From Squalus acanthias (lineage: Eukaryota), in the NCBI GenBank assembly GCA_030390025.1, contig CM059438.1, forward strand, positions 66,218,001 through 66,282,000: 64,000 nucleotides of DNA, given 5' to 3'. Below, piece by piece: positions 52,360 through 63,854 of this stretch (position 1 is the stretch's first letter; the number at the start of each line of letters is the position of its first letter). The notes under the pieces are model-generated. The model ran no database searches. It was not told the DNA's origin and saw only the letters and a program-made list of their open reading frames with translations. A program made the translations under genes and the position numbers.

Positions 52360-54003
52360 TCAGCAATCAGGGAGAGGCTGCGTTGCTAGAATTGATGCAA
52401 GACATGCCAGCCAGCTTTGAGTCTTGCTCAAGTGCTCCTTCTTCATGAAGTGAGCTCAGACACTGAACGCTGGCTGGTTGTTTCACCCTGGGAAACATTA
52501 CAGCTTGCCAACATTAAGCAGTCCTAGGTGACATACAGGTGCAGAATGAAAGCTCCTCCTACAGTATCCCGCCACTGCGGCCCGATTTATCGCCAGATCC
52601 TCTCCACTCTTCACCGGCGAGCTGCACCGCCAGGCCAGCCCCATTCAAAAGAGGACCGAGGCCCAAATTCAGTGGGGCCTCGGACCTCGCCATTCTGGCA
52701 TTTACCCTGTGCCCACTGCGTGCCCCAAAATGAGCGATCCCCGAATATCTGGACCAGTGCCTTGAGCTCCAATCACAGAGGAGCCACCACTAATGTATCA
52801 GTATGGAATTTCCCATTTTCTACAACAACCATCGTGTTTGTGGTCTCTCAAACAGTGCATTCACACCACGCATCTAGCATCAGTCTGAAGCGCTTTGCAC
52901 CATAACCAACTCGCAGAGTGTAAATCGGCCATGAAGGCCCGAACTGACAGCAAGCTGAGTGTGACCTCCCCTTCCCACTCTCCTCCAAGGATTAATTATA
53001 CAAATATTTCGAGCAGACCAGCATCGACAGTGACCAGTTCATCGTTTTTTTTAATGTTTATGTTCTCAAACACACTGAGTAAATAAACTATTCAATAGGA
53101 AGTTTTTGAATATCACTTTGAGGAGTTCATCAGCATTAAAGAAAGACTTGACTTTATATGTCTCTCAGCAACATCTCCAGGTGCTTCACGATAATTACAT
53201 AGTTTATCGGAGTGCAATGCCTGATGCTATGTTGGCAAATATCCCTCCAAAAAGTGTGAAAATAGTAAGTTTGATTTATTCTTGCCACAACATGAACCAA
53301 GAACGCTCTGTGCAGGTCTTAAATTCTGTTTTATAATAAGCAATTCGAATGTACAGAAATTTAGCCTGGTGGATTTTACACGAAAGGAAACAATTCTGTG
53401 CTTTTTGAAAGCTGTGAAGGTAATTCAGTCTCCCAAAGATAGGGGAAATAGTCGACTCAATCCTAACTAAAAACAGAAAATGCTGGAAATACTCAGCAGG
53501 TCAGGCAGCATCTGTGGAGAGAGAGTTAACAGCTGGAATTTTCCCGTTGTCGAGCGTGCGGGTTTGGGGGCGGGTCGGCAGTAAAAATCCCAGAAATTGC
53601 GAGTGCTTCGGGAACCCGCCGTCATCCCACCGCCGCGCACATTTAACTCGGCCGGCTTTGAAGGCGCAACACGGACCCGATCGACAGAGGCGGGCGACCT
53701 CATTGAAATCATTAAAAGCTTGTTGAGAGACACTTAATAGAGTGATTTTCACACCAGCATTTGAGTTTTACTGCAAGAGCACGGGATTCACGCAGCTCGG
53801 GTACCTCGCCTGTGAAGGGGGAGGTGGAAGCTCAGTGGCCATTGGCAAGTTCATTGATTGACAGCTGAGAAAAGCACATCAATACTGCAACATTACAACT
53901 CATTACAAAAAGAAAATACTGCAGATGCTGGAAATCTGAAATAAAATCAGAAAATGCTGGAGATACTCAGCAGGTCAGGTAGCATCTGTGAAGAGAGAAA
54001 CAG

Positions 54004-54040
54004 AGTTAACGTTTCAGGTCGATGACCTTTCGTCAGAACT
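54004..54040 (-). ncRNA. Minimal type I hammerhead ribozyme motif
   Basis: AGUU CUGACGA AAGGUC AUC GACCU GAAA CGU U AACU; intact core, palindromic ACGU. Confidence 0.75.
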
Positions 54041-54710
54041 GGAACAAAGCAGGAAATGGAACAGATTTTTAAGCAAGTGTCGGGGCTGGGAAAGGGGGGA
54101 GGGGATGAAAGAACAAAAGGGAAGGTCTGTGATAGGGTGGAAGGCAGGAGAGGTTAAGAGACATTAAGAGATATTCAAGGCAAAAGGAGATGGTAATGGG
54201 ACAGGTTAAGAAACAAAGGATGGCTCTAGATGAAGTGTAAATTGCGCTGGCAGAATGAAAGACAGCTGCCATGTGGGAGAGAAGAACAGAAGACACCAAA
54301 AAAAGTGTGGATAAAAAATATATATTATTCGAGGAACAGCACCTCATCTTTCGATTAGGCACTTTACAGCCTTCTGGACTCAACATAGAGTTCAACAATT
54401 TCAGATCATAACCTGGCCCTTTTCATATATATCTTTTATCCACACTTTTTGTTTGTGCCTTCTGTTCTTCTCTCCCACATGGCAGCTGTCTTTCATTCTG
54501 CCAGCGCAATTTACACTTCAGCTCGAGCCATTCTTTGTTTCTTAACCTGTCCCATTACCATCTCCTTTTGCCTTGAATATCTCTTAATGTCTCTTAACCT
54601 CTCCTGCCTTCTATCCTATCACAGACCTTCCCGTTTGTTCTTTCATCCCCTCCCCCCTTTCCCAGCCCCGACACTTGCTTAAAAATCTGTTCCATTTCCT
54701 GCTTTGTTCC

Positions 54711-54747
54711 AGTTCTGACGAAAGGTCATCGACCTGAAACATTAACT
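54711..54747 (+). ncRNA. Hammerhead motif copy (ACGU palindrome mutated to ACAU)
   Basis: AGTT CTGACGA AAGGTC ATC GACCT GAAA CATT AACT. Confidence 0.6.
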
Positions 54748-54988
54748 CTGTTTCTCTCTTCACAGATGCTGCCTGACCTGCTGAGTATCTCCAGCATTTT
54801 CTGTTTTTATTACAACTCGTTACTTGCCTCATGGAAAGGCTCCATTTTGTCCACAGATTTTGGTGTCTGCAGCTTGCAGGTCATTTTTGAAAACTCGGAA
54901 GTCACTCTCAGCACATTGCTACTCACTATCACAACATTGAGGGATTGGCCCTCTGATCTCCACTTTACCTGCCATCTACTACATCAGC

Positions 54989-56185
54989 ATAGGTGCCGCT
55001 TATACTGTCTCACCTTGGTCCTCAGAATCGGTCCAAGATGAGCCCCACCACCAACAACATCAGCCACACCAGCAGCAGCAGCAGCAGCAATCACAACAGC
55101 AGCCTTCTCCTCAATGACCTGATGCTCCACGGGAGAGAGGGGGGGGCACCACAGGGCTGCAGCGCACCAGAGGTGACACCGACAACACAGGGTATACAGG
55201 CAGAGGATGAGCTTCCTCAACATGACCGAGCAGCAGTGCTTCAGGAGGCTCAGGCTATCGCGCCAGGTCGTCGCAGATATTTGCAGCTTGCTGTCACAAA
55301 ACCTGCTGCCCAGAGGTCCTGACTAGTGGCTGTCAAAGTCATCAGTGCCCTCAACTTTTTCGCCTCAGGCTCCTTCCACAGATTTATAGCAGACATTTGC
55401 GGGATCTCGCAGTCGGCCGCCCACAGATGCATCACACAGGACACTGATGCCATGTTTCCCAAGTCAGCCAATTATATCAACCTTGCTGCTAATGAGGCCA
55501 GTGTTGCTGAGCGGTCGCTCAGCTTTGCGGCTCAGGCTGGTTTCCCACAGGTGCAGGGCGCCCCCTCATCACCCAGGAGTGTTTATGAACCGCAAGGGCT
55601 TCCACCCCCTCAATGTGCAGCTCGTCTGCAACCATAAAAAGATGATCATGTATGTGTGCGCCAGATTCCCTGGCAGCTGTCATGACTCTTTCGTCCTGCG
55701 CCAGTCCACCCTCCCTCAACGCTTTGCATCTCCAAACAGACTTACCAGCTGGCTGCTTGGAGACAAGGGCTATCCACTGAAAACATGGCTCATGACACCC
55801 CTGAGGAGGCCAAGTACTGAGGCCGAGGTGTGTTATAATGAGAGCCACATCTCCACCAGATGTGTCATCGAGCAAGCAATAGGCATGCTGAAGATGCGCT
55901 TCAGATGCCTTGACAGATCTGGAGGAGCCTTTCAGTACGCACCAGCTGGAGTCTCCAGAATCATCGTCATCTGCTGTGCGCTGCACAACATAGCCCACAA
56001 TGAGGATTGGAGCTGCACGAGGAGCATGGCGCACAGCATACAGCCTCTTCAGAGGAGGAAGAGGAGGAGGAGGAACAGGTGGAAGATGGGGAGGAGGAGG
56101 GCCCTGAGTTGCCCATGACACCAGCAGCGGCGCACATTGCTGCCTGGGAAGCCCAGGATGGCCTCATCATGGCCAGTTTACTTAA
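54989..56185 (+). pseudogene. Harbinger transposase (frameshifted; first catalytic Asp motif deleted)
   Basis: [21 protein letters not shown] and CCALHNIA present; IDCTH missing. Confidence 0.9.
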
Positions 56186-56484
56186 CTTGCTCCAATGCAG
56201 CCACATGCCTGCCACATTCTGCACTAAGACCCCCCAGTCCCCAACAACACCATAAAGCATCCCTACAATGACCAATCCATTCCTCTCACCTAAAGCCCCA
56301 GTGCTCGAGGTTAACTAATGTCTTACCATTCACTCCAAGTGACAAGGTCACTTCCAAGGTTTGAGGCAGAAATGGACAGGACCCGAAAGTGGTGTAAAGA
56401 AAAACATTTATGTGTGTCATCAAAATAACTAAAACTTACCACTAACATTTTTTAATACACCCATGTGCATACCCTTGTGCATCC

Positions 56485-58336
56485 AATTTTGTGTCATTTT
56501 TCTTTTCCGAGTGCTTCGACGAGGTGCAACCACTGTGGCTACAGCAGGGGTAGTTGCAGGCTGCTCACTGCCCTGCTGCAACTCGTAAGACACTTATGGA
56601 GGACGTCCTCTGGGATTTGGAACCTGTGAGGGCCCCGCCAAAGTCTGCTCCTCCTGCGACTGTGCAAGGGCAGACTCGACCATCGGGATCCGAGGAAGCC
56701 TGTGGTGCTCTGACTGAGGGGGAGGCAACAGGGGAGAAGTTGGAGCGCTTTGAGAAGAGCCCCCACTTCCATGTCCCCTCTCACCATCATCCTCCTCATG
56801 AGCCACCCGCACTTCCCTGCTAGCAAGGAGCTGGAGAGCACCTTGCTGCACAGAAGTGGGGCAATAAAGGCTTACGTTTACATCCCTCCTTGAGAGGAGA
56901 TCTATGAGCGTCTGCCATCTGTTGTCCACAGGTAGCATAAGCTCATGTGAGTGGCGCATTAGCCGCTCCATGCAGATGGCCATCTTTTCCATGGAACAGC
57001 ACATCGTAGCCATCGCCTGCGACATGGTGGTGTTCAAGTTGGAGATGGACTCCTCTATTCTCTGAACATTTTCAGACATCACGGCTGCAAAACCTGTCAG
57101 GGCCTCATGCAATTGTCACTGCCCCTCCAGGATAACCCTCTTTCTCGATGGCCCCGAGGCTCAGCATCTGTATGCAACTCAGCGGAGCTTGGAGCGTCCT
57201 GCGCCCTCCGGCGAGGAGTCTCCACTGCTGTCCCTGTCAACAGCACCTGCTCTTGCTCACTTGTGAAGTGTGAGACACCAGGTGACAACACTACTCTATG
57301 AAGCAAAGGACCCACCGAGGTGTGCGTATCTGCGCTGGTGCTGGCTGCACTTGGATCTGCAGACGCTGCGCCCTCAGAGGCTGGAGGTTCCTCTGAGGAT
57401 TTGTCTTACTCCTCCGGCTGAACAGTGGCGGGGGTGGGGTGGGGGGAGCACTTGCTGGACCTGTGGGAGAGTAAAGAGATGAATTAGAAGTGTTATAATA
57501 AGAATGGGTAATGTTACCATTATGCACATAATGACATTTCACTGGCTGCTGATATCAGTCACCAAATGATTGACTGTTATATGCCATGTGGCTGTATGAG
57601 ATGTAGTTCTATCACCAGGTTGCTGGGATGTCCCCCTCTCTCTGTCTCCCACCGCCAGCGTCTCTTGAGCTCCCGAGATCTCCAGAGCCCCTTCCTCTGC
57701 TGCTGTTAGTTGTGCGAAGACTGGAGGGCCACCTCCGGTTCTCTCCCTCTCTCTGTTGTTCTGGGCTCTCTTCTCCTGCAAGGAGGGCAAGAAGAGAAGT
57801 TTGAGTGAGAATAATGGACTAAGTGTAAGGAAAGTGTGGGTTACATCTGTAGAGGGTGACTATGAGGGAGTGGAGTTCCAATGCCAAATTGCCTCCTTCA
57901 GTGGTGTTACTTGCTATGATTGCATTAGGATGAGGGTGAGTGTGAGGGGTGGTCAGTCAGATGGGGTTGTGAGTATGTAGATAGAGAGAGGGGGATGGGT
58001 GGACGAGCAAGGTATGTTGGTGTGAGGAATGATGTGCAGGAGTAGGCTTGGGAAGGCAGAGTGATGGGAATGTGTTGACAGGCACATCAGGATGAAGGTG
58101 AGTGTGGCATTGAAATCACTGAAGCATTTCCTGCACTGGATCCAGGTCCTCCTCACCACATCCCTGCTGCTGACCTCCTCAGCTATATCCAGCCAGGCTC
58201 TTTTTGTTTCTTGTGCAGTTTTCTTTTGCCTACCAGCAGGGAAGAGGACCTCCCGGCGGGCTCTGACAGCCTCCGCCAGAGTATGGAGGGATGAGTCTGA
58301 GAAGCGTGTTGCAGTCCTCTTCCTTTGGCTGTCCAT
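56485..58336 (-). pseudogene. Harbinger Myb/SANT-like gene; exons ~58336-58110, 57775-57616, 57460-~56485
   Basis: TATRFSDSSLHTLAEAV..AWLDIAEEVSS..RTWIQCRKCFSD; EKRAQNNRERERTGGGPP. Confidence 0.87.
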
Positions 58337-58734
58337 CCTTGCAAATTGATACGAGTACTGTGGCGTTTCTTTGTCAGGTTCCACTCTCCTCTAGCAACCT
58401 TCAAATGAGTTGAATGCAAGGCTGCTTTAAATATCGGCACTGGAAACGAGTCATCAATGACGTCACCAGACCTGCACCATTTTTTAGGGCCGGGAAGCGC
58501 GCTTGAGTCTTTCAATCAGGGCCATTAAGTTAAAGGCGCTCTGAGCAACGCGCTGCTCAGAACATTGCATTCCCGACCCGCTACGCGAAGGTAAAACTTC
58601 CAGCCAACGTTTCAGGTCAATGACTTTTCATCAACCGCAGTATCTTTCTTTTGTATTACTACTCAAATCTTAACTTGATCCGTGTTACCTGCATCTTAAT
58701 TAGGTTAGCCTCATTCACTCTATGTTGGGTCAAA

Positions 58735-59955
58735 AACAACACTAACTTGCATTTATGTAGCAACTTTAATGTTGTAAAATGTCCCAAGGCACTTCACTGG
58801 AGCATTATCAAACAAAATTTGACCAAAGCCATATCAGGAGATATTAGGAGAGGTGACCAAAAGCTTGGTCAAAGAGATAGATTTTAAAGATCGCTTTAAA
58901 CATAGAAACATAGAAAAACAGGAGCAGGATTAGGCCATTCGGCCCTTCGAGCCATTCAATATGATCATGGCTGATCCTCTATCTCAATACCATATCCCCC
59001 CTCTCTCCCCATACCCCTTGATGCCTTTTGTGTCTAGAAATCTATCTATCTCCTTCTTAAATATATTCAGTGACTTGGCCTCTACAACCTTCTGTGGTAG
59101 AGAATTCCACAGGTTCACTATCCTCTGAGTGAAGAAATTTCTCCTCATCTCAGTCCTAAATGTCCTACCCCGTATCCTGAGACTGTGGCCCCATGTTCTA
59201 GACCCCCCAGCCAGGGGAAACACCCTCCCTGCATCCAGTCTGTCTAGCCCTGTCAGAATTTTATACGTTTCAATGAGATCCCCTCTCATTCTTCTAAACT
59301 CTAGTGAATACAAGCCTAGTCGACCCAATCTCTCCTCATATGAGGTCCTGCCATCCCAGGAATCAGTCTGGTGAACCTTCGCTGCACTCCCTTTATGGCA
59401 AGTATATCCTTTCTTCGATAAGGAGACCAAAACTGCACACAGTACTCCAGGTGTGGTCTCACACCCTGTACAACTGTAGTAAGACATCCTTGCTCCTGTA
59501 CTCAAATCCTCTTGCAATGAAGGTCAACATACCATTTGCCTTCCTAACTGCTTGCTGCACCTGCATGTTTGCTTTTAGTGACTGGTGTACAAGGACACCC
59601 AGGTCCCTTTGTACATCAGCATTTCCCAATCTAGCACCATTTAAATAATACTCTACCTTTCTGTTTTTCCTACCGAAGTGGATAACTTCACATTTATCCA
59701 CGTTATACTGCATCTGCCATGTATTTGCCCACTCACTCAACTTGTGAGGAGGAGAGAGAGGTAGAGAGGCAGAGAGGTTTAAGGAGGGAATTCCAGAGCT
59801 TTCAGCCTGGGCAGCTGAAGGTACGGCCGCCAATGGTGGAGCAATAAAAAACGGGGTTGCACAGGAGGCTAGAATTGTAGGAGTGCAGAGATCTTGAGGG
59901 TTGTCGGGCTGGCGGAGTTTGCGGAGATGGGGAGAGGCGAGACTATGGAGGGTCA
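58735..59955 (-). mobile_element. L2 3' end interrupted by a CR1 (58900-59744, -)
   Basis: L2 tail resumes at 59745; CR1 (CATAGAAA)n tail and RT C-terminus. Confidence 0.9.
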
Positions 59956-62169
59956 TGCAGATATGTACCAGTAAATTGCAAAGTTCATTATATTATTTGT
60001 TGAATTTCTTTAAAGGTGATTGACTTTGTTGTTAATAGAATAGCATGTGGATAGAAATTGTCAGTGTACGCAAACGGTGGAAAATAATGCAAACTCAAGC
60101 CATGTCAGATCACTTTATACCATTCCTTGAGACCTTTCACAAACCCGCATCTCCTTCTGCCAAATGAACGGCAACCTTTTTTTACTTGAGCAAATTTCTT
60201 TATTTTCACATTTTTGACGAATGTTTTCCTATCAAACTCCAATGGCTCAGTGGGTAAATACACCATATGATGTGCCAGTAAAATCCCCAGATTATATTCC
60301 TAGTCTGTGCTGGATTTACTAATTCAATCTGGAGCAACAGTGTGGCCTACAGCGGGCCAGTCTCAGTGTCCCAAGACTAAAGAAGGGGGCAGGCAGTGTT
60401 CCACCTCGATAACCTATGAGGTAATTATGTGCATGTGCCTGTTGAGTGAGAAGATGATTTGGCCTGATGCTCTGCATGTCAAATAGTCTTCTCTCATTTC
60501 CTGTTCAAACGCACAGCGAAGCCTCGTCCATGCCAACCGCCAACATTTTGGGGACTCTGGTTCGGCCCTCTTTGACACAACCCATGCGACCTGGGCTCAC
60601 CGCTGCTCGCCTGGCACTCCTCCTGAGTCTAGTGGCTTCCACGCCACACAGGCCGAAACTCTCCCAGCGCTAATGGCCCACATTGCTACCTCACAAGGAA
60701 ACTTGGGGCATGGAAATAGGGAAAGGGGAAGATGGAGTTCAAATGCAGCAACCCCACCCCGCCACCACCATTTTGAAAGTAGTGGATGAGATTCAAATGT
60801 CTCCACGGGCTATGTGCTAGGGCTAAGCTACGTCACAGGGCTCCCCCTCCCTCCCCCCTGCCAAACATAAAGAAATACTCCACTGTCAAATACCTTTCTT
60901 CTGGTAGCTGGAGCAAGATGAAACCTTGCATCAAACAATATTGTTTTGGTAACGATGTGTCTTGTCGCTCCCATACTAAAAATGTCTTATAAATCATGAC
61001 ACTGTATATAATCCTGTCGTAGTTTACTACTGTTTTATATTTGGTTGTAAAATTAATGATTTCACTCCATGAATAACATTGTGCTGAGCCCAGTAATACC
61101 ACTGAACCTTGGGTCATTGGTGTGTCTACAGAGGGCCCTGTTTATTTTCCATGTGACACCGAGGTCCATGTGACAGAATAGCGTTGACCTTTCTCATGTT
61201 CGCCTGTGGTTACCAGTGTTAACCTTTAAAGACCTGCTTGGTTAGATGTGCATCTTGAAACGTGCCATTTGAAAAATTACAAACCAGTCCAAATCCAATG
61301 TCAAAAAATGTATTTTATATAATAAGCATTGCAAATGTACAGATAATTAGATTTTATATGAAAGAAGAAAAAAATCTGTCCTTTTTGAAAGCTATAAAGG
61401 TAATTCAATCCCCCAAAGATAGGGAAAATATTCTACTCAAATCTCGACTTGACCTGGGTAACCTGCATCTTAATTGCTTGTCAATTCGGTTAGCCTCATT
61501 CACTGTAAGTTGTCATTAAAGGTGATTGTTGCATTGACTGTAATACAAGAATGTTTTAAAACCTGTCTTATCAATGAATTGTAACAGGTTGAGCCAAAAG
61601 ATGTACAACATTCATTTGCATAACAAAGGCAGCGGTGATATCATTAACACTCTAATTTCTGCACTCACTCATCAATCACTTACGTGATAAATCGCCACCA
61701 ATGGACACATTAAAATTCCAGCTTGGTACCATGATGATAATTGCAACAATATCAGTTTAATTGGGGCAAACGCCAGTGTTCAGACATGTAGGTCCGCTGC
61801 TGTAAGGAGCAAATGAGAGATTTACAAGCCAGAATAAGCACCCGCTCAACTTTTCAAGGACTTATCTGTCAGATGAAGGCATGATGTCCCAAATTACTTC
61901 GGACGGCTTCAGCTGACGTCTCCGCTCACGGTTTGTTTTCTTGTCTGAAATAGAATTTTTAATAAGGGTTCGTGTCACGTTATCAGCATTTTATGTTAAA
62001 CAAGTACCACATGGCGATAATTATCTTCACCGTTGCCGTTGATTTCTCTCCTCTTTCCCGATGCATTTGCAGAGTCTGCTGTAACTATTAGTTTGAATGA
62101 GGACTCACTGCAGAGCACGCAGTCATAATATTGAGGTGGTGCTGGTGCCATTATATATTGCATACTTAC

Positions 62170-62600
62170 AGCTGCTGCTGGACATGGACTATTTTTTGAA
62201 GATCATTTGGTGCTTTTATATCCAGCTTGATAGATTCCAGGCTAATTCTAGCAAGAGGATTTGCTTTATTCCAGCAAAGTGTTTTAGAACAGGACTAAAT
62301 CCAGCCTTATTCACAACATCATACAATTCAGGCTTTCCTGTTACGGTCCCTATGAGCCAAGTGTTCTCTTACCTTCAGGTCTTTACTTGTCAAGTTTCAT
62401 TACCCAGCACCAGATCTAGCACTGCATCCTTCCTTCTGACGAAAGGTCTTCCACCTGAAACGTTAACTCTGTTTCTCTCTCCACGAATGCTGCCTGGCCT
62501 GCTAAGTTTTTCCAGCGTTTTCTGTTGTTATTTCTGCATCCTTCCTTGTCGGGCATGCCTCATAATGCTTAAGCAAACAGCTCCAGATGCATTCTGAGAG
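62170..62600 (-). mobile_element. Ancient CR1 endonuclease-region fragment interrupted by a Penelope mini-insertion (62436-62533, +)
   Basis: CPTRKDAVLDLVLGNE..VREHL, CWNKAN; 14-bp TSD CTGCATCCTTCCTT. Confidence 0.75.
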
Positions 62601-62676
62601 CCCCTCCCCATTTTGACAAACTTTTGTCTTTATTGCCGTGGTAACAGAGTTAGAATTATGGGGAACCATATTTACA

Positions 62677-62915
62677 ACAAAAGCAGGATACTGCGGACGC
62701 TGGAAATCTGAAATAAAAAAATAGAAAATGCTGGAACTACTCAGCAGGTCAGGCAGCATCTGTGGAGAGAGGAAACAGAGTTAACGTTTCAGGTCGATGA
62801 CCTGATAAGGAATCGTTAAATAAAAGCCAGTTAATCCACTCACACCAGGAAATATCCACCTTCTCGAAACAAAAAGGTGTAACCGGTACGTAAGGTCATC
62901 GACCTGAAACGTTAT
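62677..62915. mobile_element. Penelope pLTR composite insertion with filler
   Basis: 11-bp TSD CCATATTTACA; 22-bp perfect inverted hammerhead pieces at 62782-62803 and 62893-62914. Confidence 0.85.
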
Positions 62916-63854
62916 CCATATTTACAGCTCTTGGTACTACAGACTTGGCTAAATTACCGCGCAGAACTGTTCAATCGTTTTTCATCTGTGTGGTGGAGGA
63001 ATGAGTGAAAAAACGTGTGGCCACATGAAGGGAAATTTGAAGGGTCATGGTGCTGTCAGGAATTTAGCAGAGTGTAACATTGGGCCTGTGAAATTTTCAC
63101 ACCGCTTCATTAGTTTTTTTAAACAAGGATTTCACTACAGTGTGATCTTAGACACGCTCTTAGGCTAGGTCCGCTTGATCTGAAAACATCCAATTAGATT
63201 ATAGATTTTGTCCTTTCAGAATACGTGCTGTATATAGTGGGAGTATTGTGAGCGAGGCTGAAGTAATAGAGATGGGGGCAATTTGAGGTGATGAGTTAAC
63301 CGTTTTGGCACAACGTTAAATCGATTTCCTCATAGATGTCAACCTCTGAAGCTGACAGCTTTTCAACCCATGTCTCAGCCTGCCAGCATTTCACAAGAAA
63401 AATCAGCTTTTCTTCTCATTGGTCGATGCTGACAACCTCCAATGCCACTCAGATAATTTGGAGGGCAGTAATAGAACCTGTCAGAACCAATTAAGTTGGG
63501 AGGAGGAACTAGAACTAACTAAATGTTAAATTCTCCCATTGTATCTTACCAACTAAACGTGAGGCAGGCATTTTTTTTAATGGTTTCTGAGAGTCCCAGT
63601 TTCTGGTGTGTTTTAGTATCTCGTCCCGAAAAAGTTATATATTGCAAGTGAACTGTTAAAATGTAACTTTCTGGGTAAGTCTGGCTGTTGTCTTATGTGA
63701 AGGTTTATTTTCTTACACCTTCTTGTTTTGATAAGGTGACTGCAGGACAATTGTGGAGGGTTGGGAACCCTAATCCTAGTGCCTACAATTGCGGCCTCAA
63801 CTGTGATCATTCAACCAGGAGTCGACTTCGGAACTTTTCACCGATGAAGAAAGA

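Larger units (their letters stand above)
53907..54808. mobile_element. Penelope insertion with inverted pLTR (~385-bp arms)
   Basis: 53941-54325 is the reverse complement of 54425-54810; spacer encodes EEQHLIFRLGTLQPSGLNIEFNNFRS*; 15-bp TSD ATTACAACTC(A/G)TTAC. Confidence 0.93.
53531..58605 (+). mobile_element. Full-length decayed Harbinger element D (same family as C)
   Basis: TIR AGCTGGAATTTT / AAAACTTCCAGCC; AAC TSD. Confidence 0.92.
53469..58660 (-). mobile_element. Penelope pLTR fragment split by Harbinger D
   Basis: ..GAGAGTTAAC[D]AACGTTTCAGGTC; flanking ACTCAATCCTAACT / ACTCAAATCTTAACT duplication. Confidence 0.8.

Noticed and set aside
52661..52755. Small Harbinger-like MITE
   Set aside because: Ends only weakly complementary and no TSD
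62170..62250. Minus-strand exon ISLESIKLDIKAPNDLQKIVHVQQQL with gtaagt donor
   Set aside because: Collinear with a decayed CR1 ORF2 (DAVLDLVLGNE..WNKAN..FKK)
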